Assembly: GCA_028712355.1 (NCBI GenBank)
Contig: JAQTQH010000001.1
Coordinates: 9,864 to 73,863 of the forward strand
DNA: 64,000 bases
Direction: 5' to 3'
Source of the DNA: Dehalococcoidales bacterium
Lineage (GTDB): Bacteria; Chloroflexota; Dehalococcoidia; Dehalococcoidales; RBG-16-60-22
Positions 25,894-35,494 of this stretch are shown here, piece after piece. Numbering within the stretch: position 1 is the stretch's first letter; each line of letters begins with the position of its first letter. The notes under the pieces were generated by a model. That model worked only from the letters and a program-made list of their open reading frames with translations, made no database searches and was not told the origin of the DNA. Position numbers and translations under genes: made by a program.

Positions 25894-25964
25894 GGCATTC
25901 TCGGGCTTGACCCGGGAATCCAGAATGCGTTCGCCCACTGGATTCCCGTTTTCGCAGGAATGAC
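25894..25964 (+). repeat. Family A cloverleaf-like structured repeat, copy A2 (71 nt)
   Basis: GGCATTC-TCGGGCTTGACCCGG-GAATCCAG..CTGGATTC-CCGTTTTCGCAG-GAATGAC. Aligns end to end with the reverse complement of A1. The first hairpin keeps pairing through an A:T to G:C double change. Confidence 0.65.
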
Positions 25965-26044
25965 CGGTTATTACTTGATATTCCTTATTGGCTGCGATAA
26001 GCTGAATCATACAGGGAAAACCAGCGCTACTTACAGGAAAATCA

Positions 26045-27217
26045 ATGAAGCGTATCTACCTTGATTACGCCGCGACGACACCGGTACATCCGGATGTAGT
26101 GAAGGCAATGCGGCCCTTTTTTACCAGGACGTACGGCAACCCTTCCAGTATCCATGCCTGCGGACAGGAGGCAAAGGAAGCGGTTGAGGCCGCCCGTGGC
26201 GAGGTCGCCGGTTTTATCGGCGCGGGCAGCGAGGAAATCGCCTTCACCAGCGGCGGCACCGAGGCGGATAACCTCGCCATCAAGGGCGTGGCTTACGCCA
26301 ACCGTAAAAAGGGCAACCATATTATCACCTGCGCCATCGAGCACCATGCCGTGCTGGAAACCTGCAAATTCTTGGAAGAGACCGGGGTTGCTGTAACTTG
26401 CCTGCCGGTGGACGGCGAAGGCAGGGTCGACCCCGATACTCTTAAGAAAGCGATTACTCCTAAAACGATTCTCATTTCCATCATGCACGCCAATAACGAA
26501 ATCGGCACTATCCAGCCCATTGCCGAAATCGGTAAGATTGCCCGCGCCGCCGGCGTTTATTTCCATACCGATGCGGTACAGACGACGGGACACCTGCGCG
26601 GCGATGTTAACGAGCTGGGAGTCGATTTACTGGCGATGTCGGCGCACAAGCTGTACGGGCCAAAAGGAGTGGGCGCGCTGTACATCCGGAAAGGCACCAG
26701 AATCGCCCCTCTCCTGCACGGGGGCGGACAGGAAAGCGGCATGCGCTCCAGCACGCACAATGTCCCCGGCATTGTCGGGCTGGGGGAAGCGGTACGCATC
26801 GCCCGGCGGGAAATTACCGAGGAAATCCAGCGTCTGACCTTCCTGCGTGACAAACTGATTAAGGGAATCCTGCAGCGCATCGATGACTGCCGCCTTAACG
26901 GCCCGCTCGCTTTCCGCCTGCCCAACAACGCCAACATCAGCATCAGCTATGTCGAGGGAGAGTCGATGTGCCTGAATCTCGACCTCGCCGGGATTTGCGC
27001 TTCCACCGGCTCGGCGTGCAGCTCCGGCAGCCTCGAACCGTCCCACGTCCTGCGGGCACTGGGGCTTCCCGCCGACCTGGCTCACGGCTCGCTGCGCTTC
27101 ACCATGGGCAAATGGACGACCGAAGCGGAAATCGACCGGGTTCTGGAAGTCCTGCCCCGTATCGTGAGCAAGCTCCGCGCCGTGTCTCCCCTTTACCACA
27201 CCCGGAAGCAGAGATAA
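26045..27217 (+). CDS. nifS: Cysteine desulfurase (NifS/IscS class I)
   Basis: 390 aa. PLP-lysine block SAHKLYGPKG, SGGTEADN, catalytic-loop ASTGSACSSG. Confidence 0.92.
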   Translation: MKRIYLDYAATTPVHPDVVKAMRPFFTRTYGNPSSIHACGQEAKEAVEAARGEVAGFIGAGSEEIAFTSGGTEADNLAIKGVAYANRKKGNHIITCAIEHHAVLETCKFLEETGVAVTCLPVDGEGRVDPDTLKKAITPKTILISIMHANNEIGTIQPIAEIGKIARAAGVYFHTDAVQTTGHLRGDVNELGVDLLAMSAHKLYGPKGVGALYIRKGTRIAPLLHGGGQESGMRSSTHNVPGIVGLGEAVRIARREITEEIQRLTFLRDKLIKGILQRIDDCRLNGPLAFRLPNNANISISYVEGESMCLNLDLAGICASTGSACSSGSLEPSHVLRALGLPADLAHGSLRFTMGKWTTEAEIDRVLEVLPRIVSKLRAVSPLYHTRKQR

Positions 27218-27253
27218 GCCGGAAGGGTGTAGTAAGGAACACCATCATTCGCC

Positions 27254-27283
27254 TTGACTTTTATTTAACCCATTCCCTATAAT
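27254..27283 (+). promoter_or_regulatory. Candidate promoter of the tRNA-tuf transcription unit
   Basis: TTGACT-18 nt-TATAAT, 45 nt upstream of the first tRNA. A second weaker TAGACA-18-TATAAT lies at 27527-27556. Confidence 0.5.
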
Positions 27284-27327
27284 ACGAAGGTTAAGCATGA
27301 GTTTGCCAGTATGGCTGGCAAGACAGT

Positions 27328-27400
27328 GCCCGAGTAGCGCAATGGCAGCGCAACCGACTTGTAATCGGTAGGTTGACGGGTTCGACTCCCTCCTCGGGCT
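27328..27400 (+). tRNA. tRNA-Thr (anticodon TGT)
   Basis: Hand fold: acceptor GCCCGAG/CTCGGGC, D stem GCGC/GCGC, anticodon stem ACCGA/TCGGT with loop CTTGTAA, T loop TTCGACT. The T stem needs one bulged C or two mismatches. Confidence 0.85.
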
Positions 27401-27415
27401 GGGGATAGGTACTGG

Positions 27416-27502
27416 GGAGGGATGCCGGAGCGGCCAATCGGAGCAGACTGTAAATCTGCCGCCCTAAGGGCTACGCAGGTTCGAATCCTGCTCCCTCCAC
27501 CA
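27416..27502 (+). tRNA. tRNA-Tyr (anticodon GTA), class II with long variable arm, CCA encoded
   Basis: Acceptor GGAGGGA/TCCCTCC, anticodon stem GCAGA/TCTGC with loop CTGTAAA, variable arm GCCC-TAA-GGGC, T arm GCAGG-TTCGAAT-CCTGC, 3' ACCA. Confidence 0.93.
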
Positions 27503-27567
27503 TATGAATGTGGGAGCAAGCTCCTCTAGACAACAAATAATAAATATCTGTATAATAGAAACAATGT

Positions 27568-27640
27568 GCCCACATAGCTCAGTAGGTAGAGCACGCCCTT
27601 GGTAAGGGCGGGGTCATCAGTTCGAATCTGATTGTGGGCT
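27568..27640 (+). tRNA. tRNA-Thr (anticodon GGT)
   Basis: Canonical cloverleaf: GCCCACA/TGTGGGC, GCTC/GAGC, CGCCC-TTGGTAA-GGGCG, ATCAG-TTCGAAT-CTGAT. Confidence 0.95.
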
Positions 27641-27661
27641 CGGAAATAAACGGAGGAAGAT

Positions 27662-28870
27662 ATGGCTAAGCAGAAATTTGACAGGACGAAACCACACGTA
27701 AACGTCGGCACCATCGGTCACGTCGACCACGGCAAAACTACTCTCACCTCGGCAATCACGCTGGTGCTATCGAAGCAGGCTGGCGTCGGGACGCAATTCA
27801 AAGCCTTCGAATCGATTGATGCCGCCCCGGAAGAGAAAGCCCGCGGCATGACCATCGCTATCGCCCACGTGGAATACGAGACCGCCAAGCGGCACTACGC
27901 CCATGTCGACTGCCCCGGCCATGCCGACTTTATTAAGAACATGATTACCGGCGCCGCCCAGATGGATGGCGCTATCCTCGTGGTCAGTGCCCCGGACGGC
28001 CCGATGCCCCAGACCCGGGAGCACGTCCTGCTGGCACGCCAGGTGCAGGTGCCCTACATCGTCGTCGCCCTGAACAAGGTAGATTTGATGGAAGACGAAG
28101 AACTCCTTGAACTCGTCGAAGTCGAAGTGCGGGAACTGCTTTCTAAATACGAATTCCCCGGTGATAAGACACCGGTCGTCCGCGTTAGCGCCGTCAAAGC
28201 CCTGGAATGCGGCTGCGGCAAGAGAGAATGCAAGTGGTGCGGCGCTATCCTCAAGCTGATGGATGCCGTAGATGATTTCATCCCCATTCCGCCTCGTCCG
28301 AAGGACAAGCCGTTCCTGATGTCCATCGAAGACGTATTCAGTATCAAGGGCCGCGGCACCGTGCCCACCGGCAGGGTAGAGCGCGGTACGGTCAAAGGCG
28401 GCGACGAAGTTGAAATCGTTGGTCTGCATCATGAGGCACGCAAGGTGGTGGTCACCAGCCTGGAAATGTTCCACAAGATTCTGGACACCGCCGAGCCCGG
28501 CGATGCGGTCGGCTTGCTCCTCCGCGGCGTAGAGCGCGAAGATATCGAGCGCGGTCAGGTGCTGGCAGCTCCCGGCTCCATCAAACCGCACACCTATGCC
28601 GAAGCCGAGGTCTACGTCCTGAGCAAAGACGAGGGCGGCCGCCATACCCCGTTCTTCAACGGCTACAAGCCGCAGTTCTACATCCGCACGACGGATGTTA
28701 CCGGCAGCATTGAGCTCCCCGAAGGCGTCGAGATGGTCATGCCCGGCGACCATATCAAAATGAAAATTAAATTGATTTACCCGGTAGCCCTGGAACCCGG
28801 TCTGCGCTTCGCTATACGCGAGGGCGGCAGGACGGTCGGCGCGGGCGGCATCATCAAGATAATAGAGTAG
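27662..28870 (+). CDS. tuf: Elongation factor Tu
   Basis: 402 aa. [18 protein letters not shown]. Carries an unusual [11 protein letters not shown] insertion at aa 183-193. Confidence 0.98.
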   Translation: MAKQKFDRTKPHVNVGTIGHVDHGKTTLTSAITLVLSKQAGVGTQFKAFESIDAAPEEKARGMTIAIAHVEYETAKRHYAHVDCPGHADFIKNMITGAAQMDGAILVVSAPDGPMPQTREHVLLARQVQVPYIVVALNKVDLMEDEELLELVEVEVRELLSKYEFPGDKTPVVRVSAVKALECGCGKRECKWCGAILKLMDAVDDFIPIPPRPKDKPFLMSIEDVFSIKGRGTVPTGRVERGTVKGGDEVEIVGLHHEARKVVVTSLEMFHKILDTAEPGDAVGLLLRGVEREDIERGQVLAAPGSIKPHTYAEAEVYVLSKDEGGRHTPFFNGYKPQFYIRTTDVTGSIELPEGVEMVMPGDHIKMKIKLIYPVALEPGLRFAIREGGRTVGAGGIIKIIE

Positions 28871-28876
28871 AGGTTT

Positions 28877-29044
28877 ATGGCAAAGAAAACGGACGCAAGA
28901 GGTGTTATCTACCTTGCCTGCACCGAGTGCAAGGAGAGAAACTATACTACATCAAAGAACCGGAAAAACGATTCGCAGCGCATGGAGCTGACGAAGTACT
29001 GTCCCCGTTGCCGCGCGCATAAGCCGCACAAGGAGACCAAATAG
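28877..29044 (+). CDS. rpmG: 50S ribosomal protein L33 (Zn-ribbon C+ form), absent from the ORF track
   Basis: Own translation, 55 aa: [55 protein letters not shown]. Canonical tuf-rpmG-secE position. Confidence 0.9.
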   Translation: MAKKTDARGVIYLACTECKERNYTTSKNRKNDSQRMELTKYCPRCRAHKPHKETK

Positions 29045-29077
29045 CCCTGTTGCCTTCGGGCGCGGGACGTCTATAAC

Positions 29078-29299
29078 ATGAAAGTTAATTCTGCGGTCAG
29101 GCACAGCCCCGGTGCAAGATTAATCCGGTACTTTATCGGCATCGTTGACGAGCTTAAAAAAGTGGTCTGGCTCAGCCGGCGGGAGGTTATTTATCTCACC
29201 ACCCTGGTCTTGCTCGTGGCCGGCATCGCCGGCCTGGTGCTGGGCGCGCTGGACTACGGCTTTACTGCTCTGATTGACAAGCTTATCCTGGGCAGATAA
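29078..29299 (+). CDS. secE: Preprotein translocase subunit SecE
   Basis: 73 aa. Amphipathic helix (DELKKVVWLSRREV) followed by a single TM. Position between rpmG and nusG. Confidence 0.85.
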   Translation: MKVNSAVRHSPGARLIRYFIGIVDELKKVVWLSRREVIYLTTLVLLVAGIAGLVLGALDYGFTALIDKLILGR

Positions 29300-29343
29300 T
29301 GGACTCCTGTGAATAGTCAATTATCTGCCCCGTAGCTTTTACC

Positions 29344-29907
29344 ATGGGAGAGACATTGGGAGAGAGGTTATCTGTGGCGGTCGACGAAAAACAGTGGTTT
29401 GTCATCCATACTTACTCCGGGCATGAAGACCGGGTCAAGAAAAACCTGGAGCAGCGTATCAAGTACATGGACTCCGGCAATGCAATCTACCAGGTGGTGA
29501 TACCCACCGAGGAAGAAATTGAAGTCAAGAGCGGGCGGCGCCGCACGGTCACCCGCAAGACCCTGCCCGGATACGTCCTCGTCCAGATGAAAATGACGGA
29601 CCAGACCTGGACTCTGGTACGCAACACGCCCGGCGTCACCGGCTTCGTCGGCAGCACGGGCAAACCCACGCCGCTGGATGAAAAGGGCGTCAATGACATT
29701 CTTAAACAGATGAGCGCCGAAGCTCCCCGCGTGAAAGTGGGCTTCCGCAGAGGACAGAGCGTGCGCGTCATTGACGGGCCGTTCATCGATTTTGTCGGAG
29801 TGGTTGACGAGATAAATATGGAAAAGGGCAAGGTCAAAGTGCTCCTGTCCCTGTTCGGGCAGGAAACACCGGTGGAGCTGGATTTACTCCAGATTGAAAA
29901 GCTCTAG
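29344..29907 (+). CDS. nusG: Transcription termination/antitermination factor NusG
   Basis: 187 aa. NGN domain (WFVIHTYSGHEDRVK) and KOW motif (GQSVRVIDGPFIDFVGVV). Confidence 0.95.
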   Translation: MGETLGERLSVAVDEKQWFVIHTYSGHEDRVKKNLEQRIKYMDSGNAIYQVVIPTEEEIEVKSGRRRTVTRKTLPGYVLVQMKMTDQTWTLVRNTPGVTGFVGSTGKPTPLDEKGVNDILKQMSAEAPRVKVGFRRGQSVRVIDGPFIDFVGVVDEINMEKGKVKVLLSLFGQETPVELDLLQIEKL

Positions 29908-29927
29908 CCCCCCCCTGAGGAGATAAC

Positions 29928-30350
29928 ATGGCAAAAAAGGTCAAGACAATCATCAAATTACAGATTCCCGCCGGACAGGCAAACCCGGCGCCCCCGGTCG
30001 GTCCCGCACTGGGCCAGCACGGTATCAACATCATGGCTTTCTGCAAGGACTACAATGAGCGCACCGCTTCCCAGGCTGGCTCGGTTATCCCGGTAGAAAT
30101 CACCGTCTACGAGGACCGGTCATTCACTTTCGTCACGAAGACACCGCCCGCCGCCGACCTGCTGAAGAAAGCCCTGGGACTGGAGAAAGGCTCCGGTACA
30201 GCGGGGCATGACGTCGCCGCTACGCTTTCCCGCGAAAAGCTGCGGGAAATCGCCAAAGCCAAAGTGAAAGACCTCAACGCCAACAGCATCGAAGCTGCGG
30301 AACGCCTGATTGAAGGCTCCGCCCGAAGTATGGGGATTAAGGTAGAATAA
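29928..30350 (+). CDS. rplK: 50S ribosomal protein L11
   Basis: 140 aa. [31 protein letters not shown] hallmark. Confidence 0.97.
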   Translation: MAKKVKTIIKLQIPAGQANPAPPVGPALGQHGINIMAFCKDYNERTASQAGSVIPVEITVYEDRSFTFVTKTPPAADLLKKALGLEKGSGTAGHDVAATLSREKLREIAKAKVKDLNANSIEAAERLIEGSARSMGIKVE

Positions 30351-30351
30351 G

Positions 30352-31065
30352 ATGGCAGAACACGGAAAGAAATATCAGGAAACCGCTAAACTCATCGAAC
30401 CCAGTAAGGCTTACGGACCACAGGAAGCCGTTGAGCTGGTTAAAAAGACAACGCATACTAAATTTGACGAGACTATCGAGTTGCACCTGCGCATGGGGCT
30501 CGACCCGCGGGACGCCACCCAGCAGGTGAGAGGAGTCGCCATCCTGCCCGGCGGACTGGGCAAGCAGGTGCGTGTCCTCGTCTTTGCGCAGGGCGAAGCG
30601 GAGCGGACTGCTAAAGAAGCCGGCGCGGATATCGTCGGTAATGATGATATTATCAAGCAGATTGAGGGGGGCTGGCTGGAGTTCGATGTTGCCATCGCCA
30701 CTCCGGAAATGATGGGCAAAGTAGGCAGGCTGGGTAAAATCCTGGGCCGCAAGGGGCTCATGCCCAATCCCAAGGCGGGCACGGTGGTTGCCGATGATGA
30801 CCTGCCCCGCGTTATTGGCGATTCCCGCAAGGGACGCGTTGAGTACAAACTGGACCGCACCGCCATTATCCATGTGCCGGTGGGCAAAGCCAGCTTCGCG
30901 CCGGATGCGCTGCTGGCGAACCTGACCGCCATCATAGAGGCGGTCGTCAAGGCCAAGCCGGCGGGCGCCAAGGGACAGTACGTGAAGAGTGCCTACATCA
31001 AAACCACCATGGGGCCGAGCATTAAGCTCGACCTTTCCAGTACTCTCACTTTGACCGCCGCCTAA
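30352..31065 (+). CDS. rplA: 50S ribosomal protein L1
   Basis: 237 aa. FDETIELHLRMGLDPR and GLMPNPKAGTV blocks. Starts 1 nt after rplK. Confidence 0.97.
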   Translation: MAEHGKKYQETAKLIEPSKAYGPQEAVELVKKTTHTKFDETIELHLRMGLDPRDATQQVRGVAILPGGLGKQVRVLVFAQGEAERTAKEAGADIVGNDDIIKQIEGGWLEFDVAIATPEMMGKVGRLGKILGRKGLMPNPKAGTVVADDDLPRVIGDSRKGRVEYKLDRTAIIHVPVGKASFAPDALLANLTAIIEAVVKAKPAGAKGQYVKSAYIKTTMGPSIKLDLSSTLTLTAA

Positions 31066-31256
31066 TACTGATTGCGTTTTACTGATATATTGTGCTAAGA
31101 TAAATTTAAATTGAATATAGTATCCTAAGACAGCGGGTGCCGCTCGCGGCTTAATGAGTCTGCCTGCCGAGGAATCAAGAAATCGATAGATTTGAGAGTC
31201 CTTGTGCATGGCGCAGGGACTTTCTTTTTTGAGCGTCACTTCAGGAGGATGAAAAA
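31066..31256 (+). promoter_or_regulatory. rplJ leader: promoter-like site plus terminator-like attenuator hairpin (candidate L10 leader)
   Basis: TTGCGT-18-TAAGAT at 31072-31101. An 11-bp stem AGTCCTTGTGC/GCGCAGGGACT at 31197-31221 is followed by TTTCTTTTTT and ends 27 nt before the rplJ ATG. Confidence 0.5.
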
Positions 31257-31790
31257 ATGCCACGGGAACACAAGGCGAAGGTTATCGAAGAGCTCCAGGA
31301 AGCGTTCGGGAAAGCCAGCATCGGCGTGATTACCGATTACCGCGGCATCCCCACCCCCGAACTTAATATCCTGCGCAAAAAACTGCGGGAAGCCGGCATC
31401 AGCCTCAAAGTGGTCAAGAACACCCTCGCGGAAATCGCCGCCAAAAATGCGGGACGGGAAGACCTCACAAAGTCCTTTGCCGGACCAGCGGCGGTCGTCC
31501 TCGGGTACGACGATGTCTCCCATCCTGCCAAAATCCTCACCGAGCACATCCGCAGCACCAAGTCCGCCCTTAAAATCAAGAGCGGCTTCCTCAAGGGCAA
31601 TCTGCTCACCGAGCAGGACATCCAGACCCTGGCGACCCTGCCTTCCCGAGAAGTGCTCATCAGCCAGGTGCTCGCCGGGATGCAGAGCCCCATCGCTATT
31701 TTCATCACTTATCTCGCCAGCCCTTTGAGCGGATTAGTCAACGTGCTGGAAGGCCACCGCAAGCAACTGGAGGCCGCGCCCAAAGCATAA
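31257..31790 (+). CDS. rplJ: 50S ribosomal protein L10
   Basis: 177 aa. Position and sequence (DYRGIPTPELNILRKKLRE). Confidence 0.96.
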   Translation: MPREHKAKVIEELQEAFGKASIGVITDYRGIPTPELNILRKKLREAGISLKVVKNTLAEIAAKNAGREDLTKSFAGPAAVVLGYDDVSHPAKILTEHIRSTKSALKIKSGFLKGNLLTEQDIQTLATLPSREVLISQVLAGMQSPIAIFITYLASPLSGLVNVLEGHRKQLEAAPKA

Positions 31791-31862
31791 GGAAACTCGT
31801 GCTGACACACGGTCGGCATTTATTAAATATCAGACAAATATAATCGGAGGACGGAGAAACAA

Positions 31863-32243
31863 ATGACTACTGAAGAAATCATGAATGCCATCAAGGGTAT
31901 GAACGTTCTGGAACTGGCGGAGCTGGTTAAAACCCTGCAGACCGAATTCGGCGTCACTGCCGCCGCACCGGTCGTCGCCGCCGCACCGGCTGGTGGAGCT
32001 GCCGCTGGAGCCGCCCCCGCTGCTGAAGAAAAGACCGAGTTCACCGTCATCCTCAAGGAAATCGGCGCGAACAAGATTAACGTCATCAAGGCGGTCCGCG
32101 AGCTCACCAACCTCGGCTTGAAAGAGTCTAAGGACCTGGTTGAAGGCGCTCCCAAGCCAGTCAAGGAGAACGTGAGCAAGGAAGAAGCCAACACGGCGAA
32201 GACCAAGCTGGAAGCAGCCGGCGCTACTGTCGAAGTAAAGTAG
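31863..32243 (+). CDS. rplL: 50S ribosomal protein L7/L12
   Basis: 126 aa. Ala/Pro hinge and C-terminal domain ([24 protein letters not shown]). Confidence 0.97.
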   Translation: MTTEEIMNAIKGMNVLELAELVKTLQTEFGVTAAAPVVAAAPAGGAAAGAAPAAEEKTEFTVILKEIGANKINVIKAVRELTNLGLKESKDLVEGAPKPVKENVSKEEANTAKTKLEAAGATVEVK

Positions 32244-32252
32244 CAAAACATA

Positions 32253-32316
32253 GTCATTGCAAGGAGTCACGGCAAAGAAGCAATGCCGGCCGCGTTAAAG
32301 GATTGCTTAGATTGTG
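32253..32316 (+). repeat. Family B repeat, 5' part (GTCATTGCAAGGAG ... AAGCAATG/GATTGCTT hairpin)
   Basis: Begins 10 nt after the rplL stop. The 3' terminus is degenerate. Confidence 0.45.
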
Positions 32317-32340
32317 GCTCATATACCCGGGGCTAATGTG

Positions 32341-32373
32341 GAGGGGCGTACAATACGCCCCTCTTCAGGTTTT
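32341..32373 (+). terminator. Intrinsic terminator of the ribosomal protein operon
   Basis: GAGGGGCGTA-CAA-TACGCCCCTC (10-bp stem) followed by TTCAGGTTTT. Confidence 0.6.
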
Positions 32374-32406
32374 CCCTGCTACCAAAAAGCTCCCTTACGG
32401 TATATT

Positions 32407-32479
32407 ATCATCCTCAAGCTTGCCCCGAAAATCCAGAATCCCCCCTCCCCTGCTGGATCCCCGCTTACGCAGGAATGAC
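32407..32479 (+). repeat. Family A cloverleaf-like repeat, copy A3 (degenerate, 73 nt)
   Basis: ATCATCC-TCAAGCTTGCCCCGA-AAATCCAG..CTGGAT-CCCCGCTTACGCAGG-AATGAC. Collinear with A2 but with mismatches in the outer stem and first hairpin. Confidence 0.5.
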
Positions 32480-32542
32480 ATTTACTCAACCTCTAACCTG
32501 CCCTTGCACTAAACTAAGACGGCAGGCTATAATTTCCCTAGC

Positions 32543-33070
32543 ATGGATAACCGGAAACTTAAAGTTCTGCTTTCCCATGATGAGATATCCGCTGTCACAG
32601 GGAAGCTGACAGCGGATATCACCAGGGACTACCACGATAAAAATCCCCTGCTTATCGGCGTGCTCAAGGGCGCTTTTATTTTCATGGCGGATTTGGTACG
32701 CCGGCTCGATTTCCCGCTGGAGCTGGAGTTCGTCCGCCTCGCCAGCTACTCCGGTACCGAGACCACCGGACGATTGAAAATGCCGCAGGCTCTCACCACC
32801 CCCATCAAAGGCAAAGATGTGCTCGTTATCGAAGATATCGTGGATACCGGGCTGACTACTGCCTTCATCATGAGATATCTGCGCCGCAAGTCACCGGCAT
32901 CGCTCAAGCTGTGCGCATTGCTCAATAAACCCGCCCGCCGCCGCGTCCCTCTTGATATCGATTACCTCGGCTGCAACGTACCCGACCAGTTCCTCGTCGG
33001 CTACGGACTGGACTGCGACCAGCAGTACCGCAACCTGCCGGATATCTGCATACTGGAGGAAAAACCGTGA
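32543..33070 (+). CDS. hpt: Hypoxanthine(-guanine) phosphoribosyltransferase
   Basis: 175 aa. PRPP loop VLVIEDIVDTGLT and C-terminal VGYGLD motif. Confidence 0.93.
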   Translation: MDNRKLKVLLSHDEISAVTGKLTADITRDYHDKNPLLIGVLKGAFIFMADLVRRLDFPLELEFVRLASYSGTETTGRLKMPQALTTPIKGKDVLVIEDIVDTGLTTAFIMRYLRRKSPASLKLCALLNKPARRRVPLDIDYLGCNVPDQFLVGYGLDCDQQYRNLPDICILEEKP

Positions 33071-34773
33071 GCACGAAACTCGCCCGGTTGATTGCGGTCG
33101 CCCGCGGCGACCAGCCCGCCGACCTTATTTTGGCGAATGCCCGGATTATCAATACCTTCAACGGCGATATTGAAAGGGGTAATGTTGCCATCAGCGGCGA
33201 CCGCATCGCCGGCATCAGCGATTACCGCCAGGCGAAGCAAATCATCGACCTCGAGGACAAATTTCTTTCACCGGGCTTGATTAACGGACACACCCACCTG
33301 GAAAGCTCGCTGCTGGATGTGGGGCAGTATGCCCGCGCCGTCGTGCCGCACGGCACCTCCGCAATAGTGACTGACCTCCACGAGATTGCCAATGTCAGCG
33401 GTCTGGCAGGCATGAAATACGTGCTGGACTGCGCCCGCCGCTTGCCCCTGGATTTGTTTTTAATGGCGCCCTCCTGCGTCCCCGCCACCCACCTGGAGAC
33501 TGCCGGCGCCGCGATTACCCCCGAAGATATCCGCCGCATCCTGCGCTGGCATAACTGCATCGGACTGGGGGAGGTGATGAACTTCCCCGGCGTACTCGGC
33601 GCGGATGCTCCAGTATTAAGCAAGATTACCGCTACCACCGGAAAATCAGTGGACGGCCACGCCCCCGGGCTGAGCGGGAAAAACCTGAACGCCTACCTCG
33701 CCGCGGGAATCGGCTCCGACCACGAGTCGGTCAACTTTGCCGAAGCGGAGGAAAAACTCCGGCGCGGCATGTTCATCATGATTCGTGAAGGCTCCTCGGA
33801 AAAGAACCTGGACACCCTGTTGCCACTGGTCACCGATAAGACCTACCCGCGCTGTCTTTTCGTGGTGGACGACCGATCCTGCGCCGACCTCCTGCGCGAT
33901 GGCGACATCGATGCCGTGGTGCGCAAGGCTATCCGCCGCGGCCTGGAGCCGGTGCGCGCTCTCCAGCTTGCCACCATCAACCCCGCCCGCTACTTCCGCC
34001 TGGATGGACTGGGCGCCGTCGCCCCGGGATATTTCGCCAATCTGGTAGTTTTCGCTGATTTGAAAGACTTAACGGTTAGTTCCGTCTATTATCGCGGCAA
34101 GCTGGTGGCGCATGATGGACGTCCCCTATTTGAAGCTTACCGGTGCGAAACAGGTAAGCTCACCCGCACCGTGAAGATAAAACCTTTCACCGCCGAGAAC
34201 CTCAGGATAAAGCCGCTGGGGGAAAGCCAGCCGGTTATCGAGGTTGTCCCCGGGCAAATCATCACCAGGATGCGGCAGGAAAAGGTCAAGGTAGTCAACG
34301 GGACGGTGATACCAGATACCAACCGCGACCTGCTGAAGCTGGTGGTGATAGAAAGACATCACGCTACCGGCAACATCGGCGCGGCGCTCGTAACCGGCTT
34401 CGGCTTGCAGCGGGGCGCCCTGGCGACATCTATCGCACACGATTCCCACAATATCGTAGCAGTGGGAACGACTGACGAAGACATTATTGCCGCCATCAAA
34501 GAAATAGAAAGACACCGGGGCGGGCTGGCGGTGGCGGCGGGGGGCAAGGTGCTGGCCAGCCTGGGGTTGCCCATCGCCGGGTTGCTCTCTGATGAGCCGC
34601 TGGAGCAGGTCGCCGGTAAGATGGACCGTATAGAGCATCTCGCAAAAGAACTGGGCGCAAAACTGCCCGCGCCCTTCGCCGCGCTCTCGTTTTTAGCGCT
34701 GCCGGTTATCCCGGAGTTGCGCCTGACCGACCAGGGTCTCGTCGATGTCAACCAATTCCGCATTATCTCGTAA
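33067..34773 (+). CDS. ade: Adenine deaminase
   Basis: 568 aa amidohydrolase. GLINGHTHLESS metal motif and the Ade-family C-terminal domain. 4-nt overlap with hpt. Confidence 0.9.
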   Translation: MSTKLARLIAVARGDQPADLILANARIINTFNGDIERGNVAISGDRIAGISDYRQAKQIIDLEDKFLSPGLINGHTHLESSLLDVGQYARAVVPHGTSAIVTDLHEIANVSGLAGMKYVLDCARRLPLDLFLMAPSCVPATHLETAGAAITPEDIRRILRWHNCIGLGEVMNFPGVLGADAPVLSKITATTGKSVDGHAPGLSGKNLNAYLAAGIGSDHESVNFAEAEEKLRRGMFIMIREGSSEKNLDTLLPLVTDKTYPRCLFVVDDRSCADLLRDGDIDAVVRKAIRRGLEPVRALQLATINPARYFRLDGLGAVAPGYFANLVVFADLKDLTVSSVYYRGKLVAHDGRPLFEAYRCETGKLTRTVKIKPFTAENLRIKPLGESQPVIEVVPGQIITRMRQEKVKVVNGTVIPDTNRDLLKLVVIERHHATGNIGAALVTGFGLQRGALATSIAHDSHNIVAVGTTDEDIIAAIKEIERHRGGLAVAAGGKVLASLGLPIAGLLSDEPLEQVAGKMDRIEHLAKELGAKLPAPFAALSFLALPVIPELRLTDQGLVDVNQFRIIS

Positions 34774-34791
34774 ACCAGAGAGGAGAACTAC

Positions 34792-35493
34792 TTGAGGCAT
34801 ACTACTAAAGAACCGGCTTTCGAAAATCGCTATGATGCCGGGCATAAGCTTGCCGCCAAGCTGGCGGCATACAAGGGCAGAACATGCGTGGTCATGGCCA
34901 TCCCCAACGGCGGCGCGCCGGTGGCGCTGGGCGTCGCCCTGGCGCTCGATGCCGATTTCGACCTGGTCATTTCCCGCAAGATTCCCCTGCCCCTCAGTCC
35001 GGAGGGCGGCTTCGGCGCGGTCACCGATGACGGCACCACCATCCTCAACGATGCCGTCGTCAAGCAGGCCGGACTGACCCCGCAGCAGATTAATTACCAG
35101 GTGAGCCAGGTGCGGGCGAACATCCGCCAGCGCAGCCTGCTCTATCACCAAGAGCGCCCGCCCGCCATCACCAGCGATAAGACAATCATCATCGTGGATG
35201 ACGGCATGGCTTCCGGCTACACCATGATGGCTGCGGTCGAATCCTTACGCCACCGCCGCCCACGCGAGATTGTGGTGGCGGTACCGGTAGCCCACGAAAA
35301 GACAGTCAAAGAGGTGGCAAAGCGAGCGGATAAAGTCGTGGCTTGCGTGGTGGACTCATCTCAAAAGTTTTATCTCGCCGATTTTTACCGGTTCTGGAAT
35401 GAGCCGAGCGATAAGGAAGTCCTCCAGTGTCTCAAGGAGTGGCGCATCCGCCGCCAGCCGGTCATCGACCTGACCATCAAGGGCAGACAATAA
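34792..35493 (+). CDS. Type I phosphoribosyltransferase-family protein (unknown substrate)
   Basis: 233 aa. PRPP-binding IIIVDDGMASGYT. TTG start 6 nt after GAGAGGAGA. Confidence 0.75.
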   Translation: MRHTTKEPAFENRYDAGHKLAAKLAAYKGRTCVVMAIPNGGAPVALGVALALDADFDLVISRKIPLPLSPEGGFGAVTDDGTTILNDAVVKQAGLTPQQINYQVSQVRANIRQRSLLYHQERPPAITSDKTIIIVDDGMASGYTMMAAVESLRHRRPREIVVAVPVAHEKTVKEVAKRADKVVACVVDSSQKFYLADFYRFWNEPSDKEVLQCLKEWRIRRQPVIDLTIKGRQ

Positions 35494-35494
35494 T

